Shown: positions 12,337-24,880 of the stretch, piece by piece
Layout: each line of letters starts with the position of its first letter
Position numbering within the stretch: the stretch's first letter is position 1
Assembly (NCBI RefSeq): GCF_036321535.1
Contig: NC_087438.1
Location: forward strand, 13,704,001 to 13,768,000
Direction: 5' to 3'
Length of the DNA: 64,000 bases
Source: Camelus dromedarius
Taxonomy: Eukaryota
Position numbers and translations under genes: made by a program
The notes under the pieces: model-generated
Database searches by the model: none
What the model saw: the letters and a program-made list of their open reading frames with translations, nothing else
What the model was told of the DNA's origin: nothing

Positions 12337-13897
12337 CAACAATTTTATGAATTCTTAAAGTGTCATTTTTGCTTGAATGCACGATTTTCTATTGCCTACA
12401 ACTATTCCTAATCTGTCTTGTGTTTAAACATTGTATCTATGCACCAACCATTCACTGCTCTATAGCATACACTCTAAGTGACCAGTACTTTTATCCATGG
12501 TGATGCATCGCTAAAGCAAAACAATGGACTCGGTCTGAAAAGAAATAGAAGAATGCCCTCTCTTGCTTTGATGTTTCGCTATTTCCAAAGCATTTTTGCT
12601 AACTTGAAAACATTTCCAGTTTCACAGTTGTTGAAAAAAATAGTTTAAACATTTAAAAAATGTTACTTGATAATTCCTTTTATGTGAGAATCTGAAGACA
12701 CCTGAGCCAAAAAGTAATCATAACAAGAGGCAGCTTTCCCCTTAGAGTTCTTTCTCCTTAAAGCTCAGGAAAATTTTGTGGGATCAAGCTTTGCACATAG
12801 ATTCTGTTGGAAGCACACTTTCCTATGAAGTTCTTTGGTTTTGGTAACCTGGGAGGTCTCAATACCAATACATCTGTAATCCTGGTATGAGAACTATTAA
12901 CTACAAAATGCATTTTAAATCAAAAAAGGTGAGCAGTAGATAAGACCTTATAAAGAATAAAGCAGTTGAGTAGAAAATCAGCAGTGGAAGGAACGCCTAC
13001 AGGGACAAATAATTTGGTTATATGGAAACAGAAATAAGAAGAACTCAAGTTGATGGAGTAAACATGAGAAGGAGATACATTGTCTTCGCTGTGTTGATAT
13101 TTTCATGTTGGAGGAAAACCTCTCACATGGGGTTGGAAATCTAGACCAGTGCCCTCAGCATCCAAACTGAATGCAGCTGACAAGCTGAACTGGTGTCCTT
13201 GAAATTGAGTTTTCCTTAGATAACTGATGATTAGAACTAGCTGTAGCCGCAATGACCTCAGAGGAGATAAAAGTATATCACAGCACCTGCCAGAGGTGAT
13301 GCTAAGCTGTCTCCAGCTAAAACTGAAAAGATTTAGTCTTTGATGAACCCAGTAAGTTATATGTGGTGTTATGTAGCCATAAACCTCAGTGATGTGATAG
13401 GAACAAAGCCAGCTTGCCATAGAAAAAAGAGTAAAAAATGATCACAGTGAATAAAATCTTTAAAAAAATGTGATTGGGTATAGATGCAAATTTTTTTTCT
13501 CTTTAATAGCCAGTTATATTTCCTTGAATTTTATTAGTTTAACAATTACTCCAATGAAGCAAAAGCCTACTTGAAACTACTTTGTTATATATTAAAATAA
13601 AATAAATAAATGTAAGTGTGTTAACAGGAAGATTTAAGTAAAATGTAAAGCTTTTAAATATTTGTCTCTTTCAAACTAGTCGTTAGTGTTTATTTGCAGT
13701 GGTTATGTTTTAATATTCATAAGGACAGGCTCATGAAAAATATTAAACCTTGAATATTTTAGAATAAATATGTCTAAGTAGATGACTTACTGTTATCTTT
13801 TGAAGCTAATATTAATTTTTCATGACATATTTGCTAAAATATAAAACAATTTTTCTACTTAGTATATTAAACCCCTTTAGTCTTTGAAAGATAAATG

Positions 13898-14478
13898 TAT
13901 TTAAACAGCTTTATTAAAATATAATTTGCATAACATAAAATTTACCTATTTTAAGTATACAATTCAATGTTTCTTAGTATATTTATAGAGTTGTGCAGCC
14001 ATGAACACAAGCCATTTAGAACATTTCCAGCATCCCCAGAAGAAAACTCACGTCCATTATCAGTTACTCCCTTCTCCCCTCACTAACCCTCAATCTCTGG
14101 CAGCCATGGCTTTATACTCTGTTTCTATCGATTTACCTATTTTATGTAAATGAAATCTGGAAATGTTAAATAAATAGAATCATACAGTCTGTGGTGTTCT
14201 GTGACTGGTCCCTTTCACTTGGTATCATTCTGTAGCACGTAACAGGACTCCATTCCCCTTATTTGCAAATAATATTCTGTTGCATGCATATAATCACATT
14301 TTATTTATGCACTCATCAGTTGATGGATATTTAGGTTGTTTCTATTTCTTGACAATTATGAATAGTATTGCTGTGAACATTAATGTACAAGTTTTGTGTC
14401 AACGTGTGTCTTTACTTCTCTTGAGTAGGTATCTAAGGGTGGCATTGCTGGCTCACATGGTAACTATATATTTAACAT
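13898..14478 (-). mobile_element. L1MB-type 3' UTR fragment
   Basis: 'acagctttattaaaatataatttgcataacataaaatttacctattttaagtatacaattcaatg' and 'tcatcagttgatggatatttaggttgtttc'. Confidence 0.85.
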
Positions 14479-15677
14479 AGAAATGGATTTTTATGACTGA
14501 ATTTTCTTTCTGTAAAAATTACAGCAAAAAGAAAGCCCTCTCCCCCCAAATCTCCAGAATATTTTTTTCAAGAAACTTTACAGAACATTTTCAATCATCC
14601 ACAGCAATCATCATCTACTTTTGAAATTTAAAGAAAGCAAGAAAATTAAACAATCACTGCAGAAACACTGGGTTTCAAATCTAAGACGGTGGCTTCTGCC
14701 AAACTCACATTTTTGTCAAAATAGCATTTGTACTTGCTGCGGGTTCTCTGAAAACCTAAATGACAAAAATGATCACGTAAGGTAGTAATTTTGTAATTTT
14801 TTGGCTGAGTGGCCCTGAGTCTGTTGGCACCCAACTGTGAGGAAAATTATTTATAAACAGCCACATCATATGCTAGGCCAAAGTTCTATATTGCCTCAAA
14901 CTTTAAAAGTATTGTAAAAGTGTTAGCATGGTGAAGATTTTAGGTTGCTGATCAATTTTTACCAAGCTCAGTTTAAAAGTTAGCTTTTTAAATAAAATTA
15001 ATGCCATTATGTTGCATACTATTATTTCTGTACATTATTGTTGATTTCTTAAAGAGTCTCTTTGAAGTGTTATATAAAACAAAAAGGCCTAAAGATTTTT
15101 TTTTTAATATCCATAAATTTAAAGGCTTTTTAAAGTAAATCTCTTAAGGTTGGAAACTTAAAAATCTTTTTGCTTTATAAATATATGTAATTCTATTAAA
15201 TGAAGAATTATAACTTCCCTCAACAGATTCCAAAGCAGTGATTAAATGATCACAAATTAAGGCCACTGGAGACAGATTCTTGTTACCCAATTCTACCCCT
15301 TTATTTTTGAGGGGTCAAATCTCCCTTCAAAGTCTTTTTTTTTTTTTTTTTAATAATTTCAGTAAATGGATTTAACACTAATAGTGGGAATAGAGGGCAA
15401 TGTTTTCTTATTTTCTCCATGTTTTAGTAATTATTTGTTAAATTAAAATACATTATTCTGATTTTCATTCACTGTTAATCTAGCTTCTCAGACAAGTAAT
15501 ATTTACAGTTAATCTAGTTTTGAAGACAAGTAATACTTGTGAACCAGAAGATAATCATTCTTACCTAATGTCATAGAACTGATAACTGATAGGGTTAAAA
15601 CTTTAATCCAGAATAATGTAATACAAATCATATATGCTTTTTTTTTTTTTTACCACACCAAGAGTCTTCTCAATTGA

Positions 15678-15865
15678 ATTCATTCATGTAGTAAATAAAT
15701 GCTTTGTCCATGGAGTGCACGGTTTTATACTAGGTGCTAAGGTTACAAAATGGAATCCCACAGTTCCTGCTCAAAAGAAGACTATAGTCAACTGGGAGAG
15801 ATGGAAATAATTATTGAAGATAATTACAACAGAAAGTGGTAAGTGCTAAATTTTAGGCATATTTA
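15678..15865 (-). mobile_element. L2 3' fragment
   Basis: 'attcattcatgtagtaaataaatg...tactaggtgctaaggttacaaaa...cctgctc...tagtc'. Confidence 0.6.
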
Positions 15866-16228
15866 CATGGGATAAACAATTTTAATGACTACAAATTTGG
15901 CTATAGGGAAAGAAGTCTGGGAGAATTATTTTAGCAAAAAGTGAAGACTCTTATATTGTACATTCTATAACGTATGTCATATATATGGTTCTTGATGGTG
16001 TTTATGAACAGATGGCTTCTAAGTTGCATGTGAACAATTTCCATTTGCCTCAAGGTTTTTGCATAATCAACTTTTGACTCTTAATTCCAGTTAGAGATTT
16101 TTAATGTGTAATGCATTAATAATTACAGATATTAGGTTATTTTTTAATCATCATGTTTTTCTTTGTCTTGTTTCTTAATATGAAAACACACACGTGCGCA
16201 CACACACACACACATAAAAACCAAACTC

Positions 16229-16378
16229 TAGAGCAGATGTTCTAACCTTAGCTTCTTGAGGAGGGGATGTGAGAATAAATGGATGCCTTGAAATGATTTT
16301 CTGAATATGTATTGTACTTCCTTTGGAAACAAAGTTTATAGCTTTTGTAAGATTTCCAAAGGGGTTTGTACCTCAGCT
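16229..16378. mobile_element. hAT-Charlie-type DNA transposon relic
   Basis: Terminus-like 'cagatgttctaacct' and 'atagcttttgtaagatttccaaaggggt' resemble the Charlie/MER5-group consensus. Confidence 0.45.
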
Positions 16379-18479
16379 CTTTGATTCTAATTTGAGGAAT
16401 TCCAGAAGCTGTGCTGGTTTATTTATTCATTTATTTACTTATTTATTTAAAGAATAAATACTCTGATTATGTTTAAACATTTTAAACTTATAAAGTAATT
16501 CCCTGCAAAATCCTGCAATATTTTTGTCTTAGAAAAGAACTTAGGGCTTTTACTTTAGTGAATACTAAATTCTTCCAACTTGCTTTCTCTTTCTTTGCTC
16601 TCTGTTGGAATCTGGCAGTCCTACTCAGACGCCGTCGAGACTGCAGCAATTAGCTTCCTTTTACTGCACGACAGATGTTCTAAGTGTTGGGTTCATTCAA
16701 CATGGGTTGGGATTGAGATATCACAGCTGCTGTAATTTAATTCTGGTCGAAAAGCTTTATCATTATCAGTTCAACATATTCATAAAATACTATAAAACTT
16801 ACACATATTTCCAATTAAACTGAGTTTCACTTAATCACGGCACATTGTAAACTCTACCATCTCCCACTGTCACATATGGTAGCTGGGGCTAGAGTTTGAT
16901 AAGTCAATATTCATTTCCATGATTAGAGTCTGAGGGTTTTTTTTGTGTGTGTATATATATATATATAACAATCATTACTGTTTGATTTTATGACAATACT
17001 GAGAGCAGCTGATTAAAAACAGCAGGAAAGATATATTTCTGCATTACTGTCTTATTTCCAGGCATTAGACAGTGCGAGTAACTTTCTGGTTAACCAAATT
17101 ATCTGTGTACTTTCCTATTAACCATGAAAAGATAATTAACATTTCTGAAAACCTACAGTGTTCACCTATCACTGTTCAACTTCCTAAATCAGAGAAAGGT
17201 CAATAACTAATTTCAGACAATACCAGATTTCAGTTCAAAAGGCTGTTTGTAGGATGAGCTTCCAGAAATGATTAATTTCCATCTCAAATAAAAAGAATAG
17301 CAACTACTTTGAAATAGATTATTCCTAACTAAATAAGTTAGTGCAATCCAATTTTGTGATTAGGACTGTTAAAATAATTGAATTGACTTTGCAATTTTCT
17401 GGTCATTTCAGTTTTTACCACTGAATCAGATCCAATTTGTATTGACGCAATCAATTTGTGACAAGTGGCTTATTACTGTAGCTAAAGGAACAATCTTGTG
17501 TCTTTTAAGGAAGGGTTACTTTTATTATTCTACAAAAGTTTTAGGTTTATAGTACTGGATGAGTATACTTGCATATGTGATAGAAATGTAAAATCTGACA
17601 ATGTAATGATTATCCCCTGTAAGGGAAGATGGGAGATACAACCGGGTTAAATATACTATAGCACATTCAAATACAGCATTTGAACACTGTTCATTCTGCA
17701 AGTAACAATAAGGGGCACTTTGTAAGAAAGCATTGGTGCCCTGCATGAGCTAACCTACTAAAAATGAGGTAAGCTGTCCAGAATGAGGGTTGAGGATGTA
17801 ACAGAATTGCTTGGAAATCATTCAAAGATACTTACCCTCTCCTTCACCTCTCTCCTTCTCAAAGGTTTGGGTTCTTCCAGGTTTACTGTAACATTGGACA
17901 TTAATTGTTTTAGACATAAATTGGCTTGTATACATCCTACATTCTTCTTCTTTCCTAATATTACTGTGATATTTTATGTCAGAAAGTCTCTCTTGGAATT
18001 TGTGAAGATGTGATCTATGGGTAACCCAGTGAAGGGTGAGAACACACATTGGTTGGTAGATGGGTAAGTAGGTGCAAAATCTCCTTCTGCATAGTCCCTG
18101 AAATAGTCAGGAGATGGGCATATTTAGCTGGAGTCACAGTCGGTTCCTTATACTGACTAATTTTCACCAATACCACCCTCCCACCATCACCACCACCATT
18201 ACCACTACCCACATGCATGTACGTGCATGTCTTTTGAGAACCAGTCTTCCAGTGCCAGGGGATGCTCAGAATCTTTCAGTTTTCATTGAGAACAGTAATT
18301 TCTCTCACTGATTAATTTATCAAAAGAAAGAAAGTTATTTATATATTCAGCTGTTAGCAACTTTGGGTTCCTAGAATTCATTCGTAATCAATGCTGACAA
18401 TAAATATATTCTTTGAAATTTTACATGTATGTCCTCTGTCATTCCCCCCCCCTTTTTTTTTTCTAATTTTGCCCTCATC

Positions 18480-19820
18480 ACCCATTTGTTCAGTTATGTC
18501 CTCTGCAGTTGGAGGTTGTGAGGGGCATTCTCGTTCTCACACCACAAGGCTCTCTGCAATCTGAAAGTGATTCTGCTTTTACACTCCATTTTCTTTCTTA
18601 AGGAACTTGCTTCTTGCCGTGATATATTAAATCAACTTCTCCCTTCCTAATATATCTAACCAACCTCTCACCCAAGAATATACATTCTTCCTAGGACTTT
18701 ATCATTGTAATAAAATAACAATAACAATAGTAAATACAATTCTTCCTCTTGACACTGAATTGTTTCCATATTATACCACATTTCTTTAGTTCCCTTCCTG
18801 GCCATACATCTGAGAGTGCTGCCTCCCATATCCTCTCAAATTCTGAATCTGCTTTTTGCTTATCTGCTCCCTGCAGGCTGGATTCAGCTGCTACCACATA
18901 TTTTTTCAATTCCTTGTTGCCAGATCAGTCGGTAATTTTTCTCATCACGTTAAATGTAATTACACCAATGCGTGTATTCCACGACTCTTTCTTCTTGCAG
19001 TAATATCTCTTGGATTCCTAGACACCATGTGCTTCAATTATCTACTTACATGTGTGGTTCATTTTACTTTGCCAGACCCTTTTCCTCATTCCATGTCACA
19101 TCGGTATACCTCAGATCTTTGTTTTCATTTTATTCTCTCTCCTTAGATGAAACCAGCATCGTATTGCTGTAATCAACATGTCATGCTGCTGTTTTTAAGT
19201 TTTTCTCTTCCACATAGACTTTTCCTTTGACCCTCAGTCCCACTTATCTGAATTCCTCCTTGAGATCTCCATGTGGTTGTCTCTCATGTGTCGTAAACAT
19301 GTACTAGGTAGAAATCCTGAATTATCTCCCCAAATCCATTCCTCCTTGAATACCATGTATTTGAAAATTGTGCCAGAATTTATTCAAGTATTCAGGCAAG
19401 AAATGTTGGAGTCATTTTGCACTCTCCTTTCTCTCTCTCAGTTATTATATCCAAACCTGAATACTTCTATATTAAAAACCATTTCATAAAATCTTCAATA
19501 TGTCCACTTTTCCTGCTCTCTATTGTCACTGCACTGATTGTTCTTTGTATGGGTTATCGAAATAGCCTCCTAACATCTCCCCTGATGCCTTGACCCTTCC
19601 GATCCATTCTCCACAGAGCGACTGGAATAACACTTTTACGTTAAGAATCACATAATGCTATTTTCAACATAAATGAATTCCCACAGCATTTAGACTAAAA
19701 TGTGGGCTCTGTTCCATTTGCCACTTGCATCTCATCTCAATAGCACTCTCTTCAATTCCATTACAATCCAGGCAAACAGTCTCAAGTTACTCCCACATGC
19801 CAAACTTTTGCTCATTATTT
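18480..19820 (+). mobile_element. Degraded L2 LINE (ORF2 end and 3' region)
   Basis: Pyrimidine-rich, with L2 motifs 'aatagcctcctaacatctccc', 'atccattctccacagagc' and 'gagtcattttgcactctcctttctctc'. An L2 terminus follows at about 21614-21695. Confidence 0.65.
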
Positions 19821-20330
19821 TGTTACCCCAGAGGGGAAAAGCCTCGGTTCTTGTCTCCCTGAAAGAGAAGATTTCAGATGGGAGACCACAGCATTGTGCA
19901 GAAAACGGTTTTAAAGATTTTATTAGCAAAGCGAAAGTACATCTCCAAGAGTAGGAGACAGGCTGATCCAACAGAGAAAGGCAGCCCAGGTCTTCCTTGG
20001 TCCCCTGTCTTGTACCTGCAATTAGTGAAATGTCAGTGGCGGTAGCTTTCCAGATCTATCACCAGCAGTAACAATTAACAAGCTTGTACATAAACTTATT
20101 CTGTAATTGTACACATCTGTGCCAAACCACCCTGAGCTGCCCCATCACTTCCACTTCCTATGAACTACTGGCGGATTCAGTCCTTCTCTTTTCTCTAAGC
20201 CCTGTGATATCTCTTCTCATCATTTGTAAGTTGAAGGGGGATCTCCTTTCTTTTAGGTTAATTAGTTAATTAACTAATTAGAGAGGCACTGCTATGCCTA
20301 TGAATTCCTCTCCCCTAATGGCTGAGACAT
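19821..20330 (-). mobile_element. ERV1-type solo LTR
   Basis: Abrupt start 'tgttaccccagaggggaaaagcctcggttcttgtctc' and minus-strand AATAAA in 'gattttattagcaaagcgaaagtaca'. Right boundary uncertain. Confidence 0.6.
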
Positions 20331-20429
20331 TTTGTCACACAAAACACTTGATCCCACTGGTACAAAGACGTTTCAACAGCAGGACTAAATGTGCCCCCAG
20401 GGAGATGATGACAATTACTTTTACTTAGA

Positions 20430-21112
20430 CTAACTAAAGGCTATTGCCGGTACCATCACAGCAGAAAGACACCATTAATCAGACAACGTAATTGTTGCTG
20501 AGTCCAAGATTGTACTGCTTGCTGCAGGACAAGCCAATAAATTGAGGGATGAAGTGTTGGGACAAGGAATGATGACTTTATTCGGAAAGACATCAGATTG
20601 AGAAGATGGTGGACTAGTGTCTCAAAGAACCATCTTAACTCAGTTCGAATTCAGGCTTCTTTTATACTAAAGGGTGAGAGGATGTGGCTGGTTGTTGCAA
20701 ACTTCTTGGTGCTGGCCAGAGCCTGGAGCGGATGTGATAATCTTTTGTTCTTACAGCTGTCCGTGTAAGTCTGGTCATGATATTCCTGTAAACTGCCAAG
20801 AAGACAAATTCTATTTTCTATTCTGCAACTTTTTATTTCTATGTGAATCAAAAAGTGTTATGGCTTTACAGGTCAAACCTGGGAGGCAGAGCATTGAGAA
20901 TGGACTCTTATGTATATTTCAGGCTACAGGCAACATTCTTTTACAAAGGGGCAGAGCCAACACGATTAAGCACGGGCCACAGAAAACACAGTTTGGAGCT
21001 TAAGGGATAGATCCAATAAGGAGTCAGGTTTGTTCTTCTCTGTTACATTGTCATTTCAGGGATGTTAAAATACAAAAAAAAAAAAAATGTGCATTTTAGG
21101 GTCAGAAAAATA
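20430..21112 (-). mobile_element. TcMar-Tc2 (MER104/Kanga-like) relic split by a MER41-like LTR
   Basis: 'atttcagggatgttaaaat...aaaatgtgcattttagggtcagaaaaata' (about 21053-21112) resembles the reverse complement of the MER104/Kanga terminus. The left piece, about 20430-20492, is tentative. Confidence 0.45.
20493..21047 (-). mobile_element. MER41-like ERV1 solo LTR
   Basis: Reverse-complement homolog of 11827-12336, from 'tgttgctgagtccaag' to 'ggagtcaggtttgttcttctctgttaca'; shares 'ttgcaaacttcttggtg' and 'gaattcagg'. Confidence 0.85.
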
Positions 21113-21198
21113 AAGGATATCTTGTTGACATTTTTCATTTGCCAACTCTGTGTAGACTGAAAGCTGCATGAGGCTGGGTCTATTCTGTTCCCTGCCTT

Positions 21199-21613
21199 TG
21201 AGACAGGCTGGGGCCTGGGATCCTTTACCCCAGTGCTTGCACCTGCTCCTGGACAAGTGTCTCCTCGAACAGCAATACAAAGGCAGTAAAAAGAGCTGCA
21301 TGCCTGCATGCACAATAGAGGCAACTGTGAATAATAAGATACAAAAAGGCCACAAACCAATAGCCACGTCTCAGGTGCCGGGAGCAAAAGCAGGGTACTG
21401 AGCATGATCCTGCACATAGCACCACCAAGGTGGTGGGCAGACCACCTAAGCCTCCCCTCCTGCCCCTCCCAGGGACCTACCTCTACCCTCACCCCATTTA
21501 AGGAACCAGCCTTGTGCTGCAGCATGAGTCCCAGTAAAGCCTTGCCTGAATTTCTCTTGTGGCCTTTTATCAATTTTATTGATTAAAGAGCCCCAAGATG
21601 CTGACCGTTCACA
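21199..21613 (+). mobile_element. ERV1-type solo LTR
   Basis: Runs TGAGACAGG to TTCACA; poly(A)-like 'agtaaa' then 'gccttgcctgaatttctc'; flanks cctt/tctt (one mismatch). Confidence 0.75.
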
Positions 21614-21695
21614 TCTTGAACCACAGGCCTAGAGTAGTGCCTGCCGCATACTAACTGTTCCACGTACATTTGTTGAATGAGTGTATAAATGAGTT
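21614..21695 (+). mobile_element. L2 3' terminus
   Basis: 'cctagagtagtgcctgccgcata...catttgttgaatgagtg'. Confidence 0.7.
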
Positions 21696-23769
21696 CATAT
21701 AGTGGAAAAACCCCTACAAATTGCTGGTTTATTTTGTCTCAAGATTAGCAAAGAGCACTTACTAAAGTAAAACCACTTCGATCATAGGTTTCCTGATCTT
21801 CTTATATAAAATTTAAATTTTTAGTGATAAGGATTTAATATGAAAACCAAATACTTAAGTTCTCTCTCCTTTTTGTATTTATAATATTGAAAATATTTAT
21901 TTATAATTATATTTTATAGTCAAAGATTGCCAAATTATCAAGTATTATATATAATAAAGTACCACATACACACACACACACGACTACATGGCTGTATTTG
22001 ACTGTAAAATATACTTTTTTATATATTTAGATACTAGATTAAAAGACGCAAAGAAAAACAGATTTATAATTCCATTAAACATGTATATTTCCATCAAAAA
22101 GTGGACATTTAACGGCTAATTTTTAATGTTATAAATATTTTTACCTTATCAAACTACCAGAGACATCTCAAAATTCTGCTCTTCCCCGTAACTATCTTTG
22201 CAAACTGGAAGAATCTAGTCATATCATATAAAGGAGTCAAAAACAGTATGAAGACAATTTTTTTTTCCAGAAAATGTTTGCGAATGTTTTGTGATTTCAA
22301 TACATTGCCTTCTATTTAAAACTCTAATGGTTGTAGGCTTTGTTTAAAATAATTGGCAGTTATAATTTTACAACCTTTGAGGAGTGGGGACATCTCACAT
22401 AAAGATGTGTTTCGCTATGTGCTTAATGATACATCTCTCATCTCACAGAAGAGAAACGGCAGGATGTTACCCCGACAACGTCACAGCTGTTTCAAATTCC
22501 CTTACTTACTTGGCTCCCAGCTTTTATAGCTTGTGCAGCTGTCAGCAGCAATGGCTTTTTCTTTGTTAGGCAAGGATATGTCTAAACTTATAATTAGACC
22601 TCAGTTATGAAAATGTAACTAGTTAATCATAGCTTTCATTAGGGCTTTTTGCATTCCAAAGGGATGTGAACATAGCCAAAATGGTGGAGCACATCAAACA
22701 AAGCTGGCTTAAATCATGTTAGGGTTTATTTTCCAATTCACATAAAAATGTGCAACTTTACATATGACTCATAATTATCATCTAAACTAATATTTAATAT
22801 ATATAAATTGTCTAAAATTTTTACATCACCTATAACATCGTTGTTTGTTCGATTATTTTAATTACATCATTGAGATGTGTGTAAACAAAACAATAGTAAC
22901 AATTTTAACCACAAAACCATCAGAACATTGTCATACTAATATGGAAAATCATACTCATATAAATAAAACTACAAAATAATGAATTATAAAATAAAATAAT
23001 AATTTAACATAAAGACATGTTGCTTAAAGATAAACCGTTGTTTAGTTTCAGGTTGAGTTAATTAAGCCTAGTCTGAGATATGATTTCTTGATTTTCACTT
23101 CTTTTCTCTAATGAATCTTTTGTGAAACTTTCATTAGTGCACCCTGACCTTGTGCAACTAGTATTTCATTCATCCCCAAATCTTCATTCATAAATAGCAC
23201 TGCTCTTTGAAGATGCCAACATAATTTTAAACATGTATCCAAGAGATAAAGGTAAATTGGCAGTATTTGGTTAAAAGATGGCTACCTAAATCATGTAAAA
23301 TACACTCAAAGTAATTTTTAAATTATCCTCCAAATAAAAATGTATTGAAACATTTGTAGATAGCATGTGGGCTCCCAAGAATTTGCCAGCAAGCCACAAG
23401 TTTCTTATTTCTACCAGTTTCCCCTGGCCCTGCGTTTTCATTTTATGAGTAGATTAAGTCCACTGACAATCTACAATTCCTAATCAGGCAGCGTTTCCTT
23501 CTAATGTCTAAGAAGCAGGGGTTTTAGACTTAGACTTAAGTTTAATCTAGCGCTGTTATTCATACATATACACATTTAATACTCAATGGCCATTTAAATG
23601 ATCTTATAACAGTTAAATAAGTGGAATTTTTTTAAAAAAAAGAAACAATATCATTTATCACAACACATATGACTTTACTGTAACAACTAATTTCCAGTTT
23701 CTGAATTGGAAATCTGATTTAGAGTTGTAAAATGGCATTCCCTTTTCACACATTTGTTAGTGAAAGTAT

Positions 23770-24233
23770 TGTCGACTGGAAAAAGTGCGCAAACTAGAAG
23801 TGGAGAATTCTGTTTTCTGTGGGGCGTTACTGATGACTACAGCCCCCACGAAGGGCTCTGAGGGACTGTTCCAAAAAGGTGAGGGAGAAGCCAAGATATA
23901 CAGGAGTTTTTGCTGAAAAAAAAAAAATGTAGTCAAACATCAAAAGGTTACTGCTGACCACCAAAAACAATCATCTCAAGTAAATAATTTTAGTGTTGTT
24001 CTATATATGGGAAGATGCAAGAGTCTGGGCTCACTGAAATTTTTCCTTTGATGTGTATCTTAACAACCTAGGGCCAGTATCCTGTTCTCCATCCTGAATT
24101 CCCCTTAGGGTGTGCCATCGGGGCAGGTCCAGAGGCTGACGGCAGATGGCAGGCAACTGAATTGGCAGGCAATTGAATTAGCAGGCAGTATTTTTCTTTA
24201 CCGAAAAGATAGGCAACATTTGTTTTATCCACA
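23770..24233 (-). mobile_element. ERV1-type solo LTR
   Basis: Runs TGTCGAC to TCCACA with perfect 4-bp TSD gtat (23766-23769 and 24234-24237); contains 'tgggaagatgcaagagtctgggctcactgaaat'. Confidence 0.85.
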
Positions 24234-24880
24234 GTATTAATTATAAAATATTACAAAATGAGTCTGAAAAAGTACTAATCTTGTATAAACTCTTAACAAC
24301 CAAAATAAAAGATTTGAGAAATCTGAAGACAAAACAAATGTTCTGAAACATAACTAAATCAAGATAATTATGGAAGCTAGTAAAAGTTATAAGGACGTGG
24401 GTATGTTTTAAGGATGTTGGTCAGATAATTGTCTTCCGAACTTCCTCAAAGTTAACTAAAATCTTCCACATATATGCAATTTAGTCAGCTGTGTGCTACT
24501 CACACAGTAAATTGGACTGATGAAATGTTAAGAATAATCTACTTGCCCTTAAAATATCCAAGTGAAGTATATATTGGTTGAAATCCTCGAATGAGTAGCC
24601 TTAACATCTTTCTGTTTTCCATTTTTCTTTGTGTCGTCATACTTAGAAACGATCAGGTTTTTAATAGCCATTCTCCTAGTATTAAAGATTGCCATTTAAA
24701 AGTAATAGTATTCTAAAGGGGCAGGAAGTGTCAAACACCTACGATAACAGGTAAATGAAGCATGAACAGATACAAATGCGATGATCTTATGCTTCAGTTG
24801 AAAACAATATCTAACTTGTTGCTTCCATCTCTTTATTCATTATTACCACCAATTCATATCTTAGCAGACCCACTATCTAC

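Noticed and set aside
21043..21573. Longest ORF in the track (176 aa, minus strand)
   Set aside because: Runs antisense through an LTR and a DNA-transposon relic; no recognisable domain.
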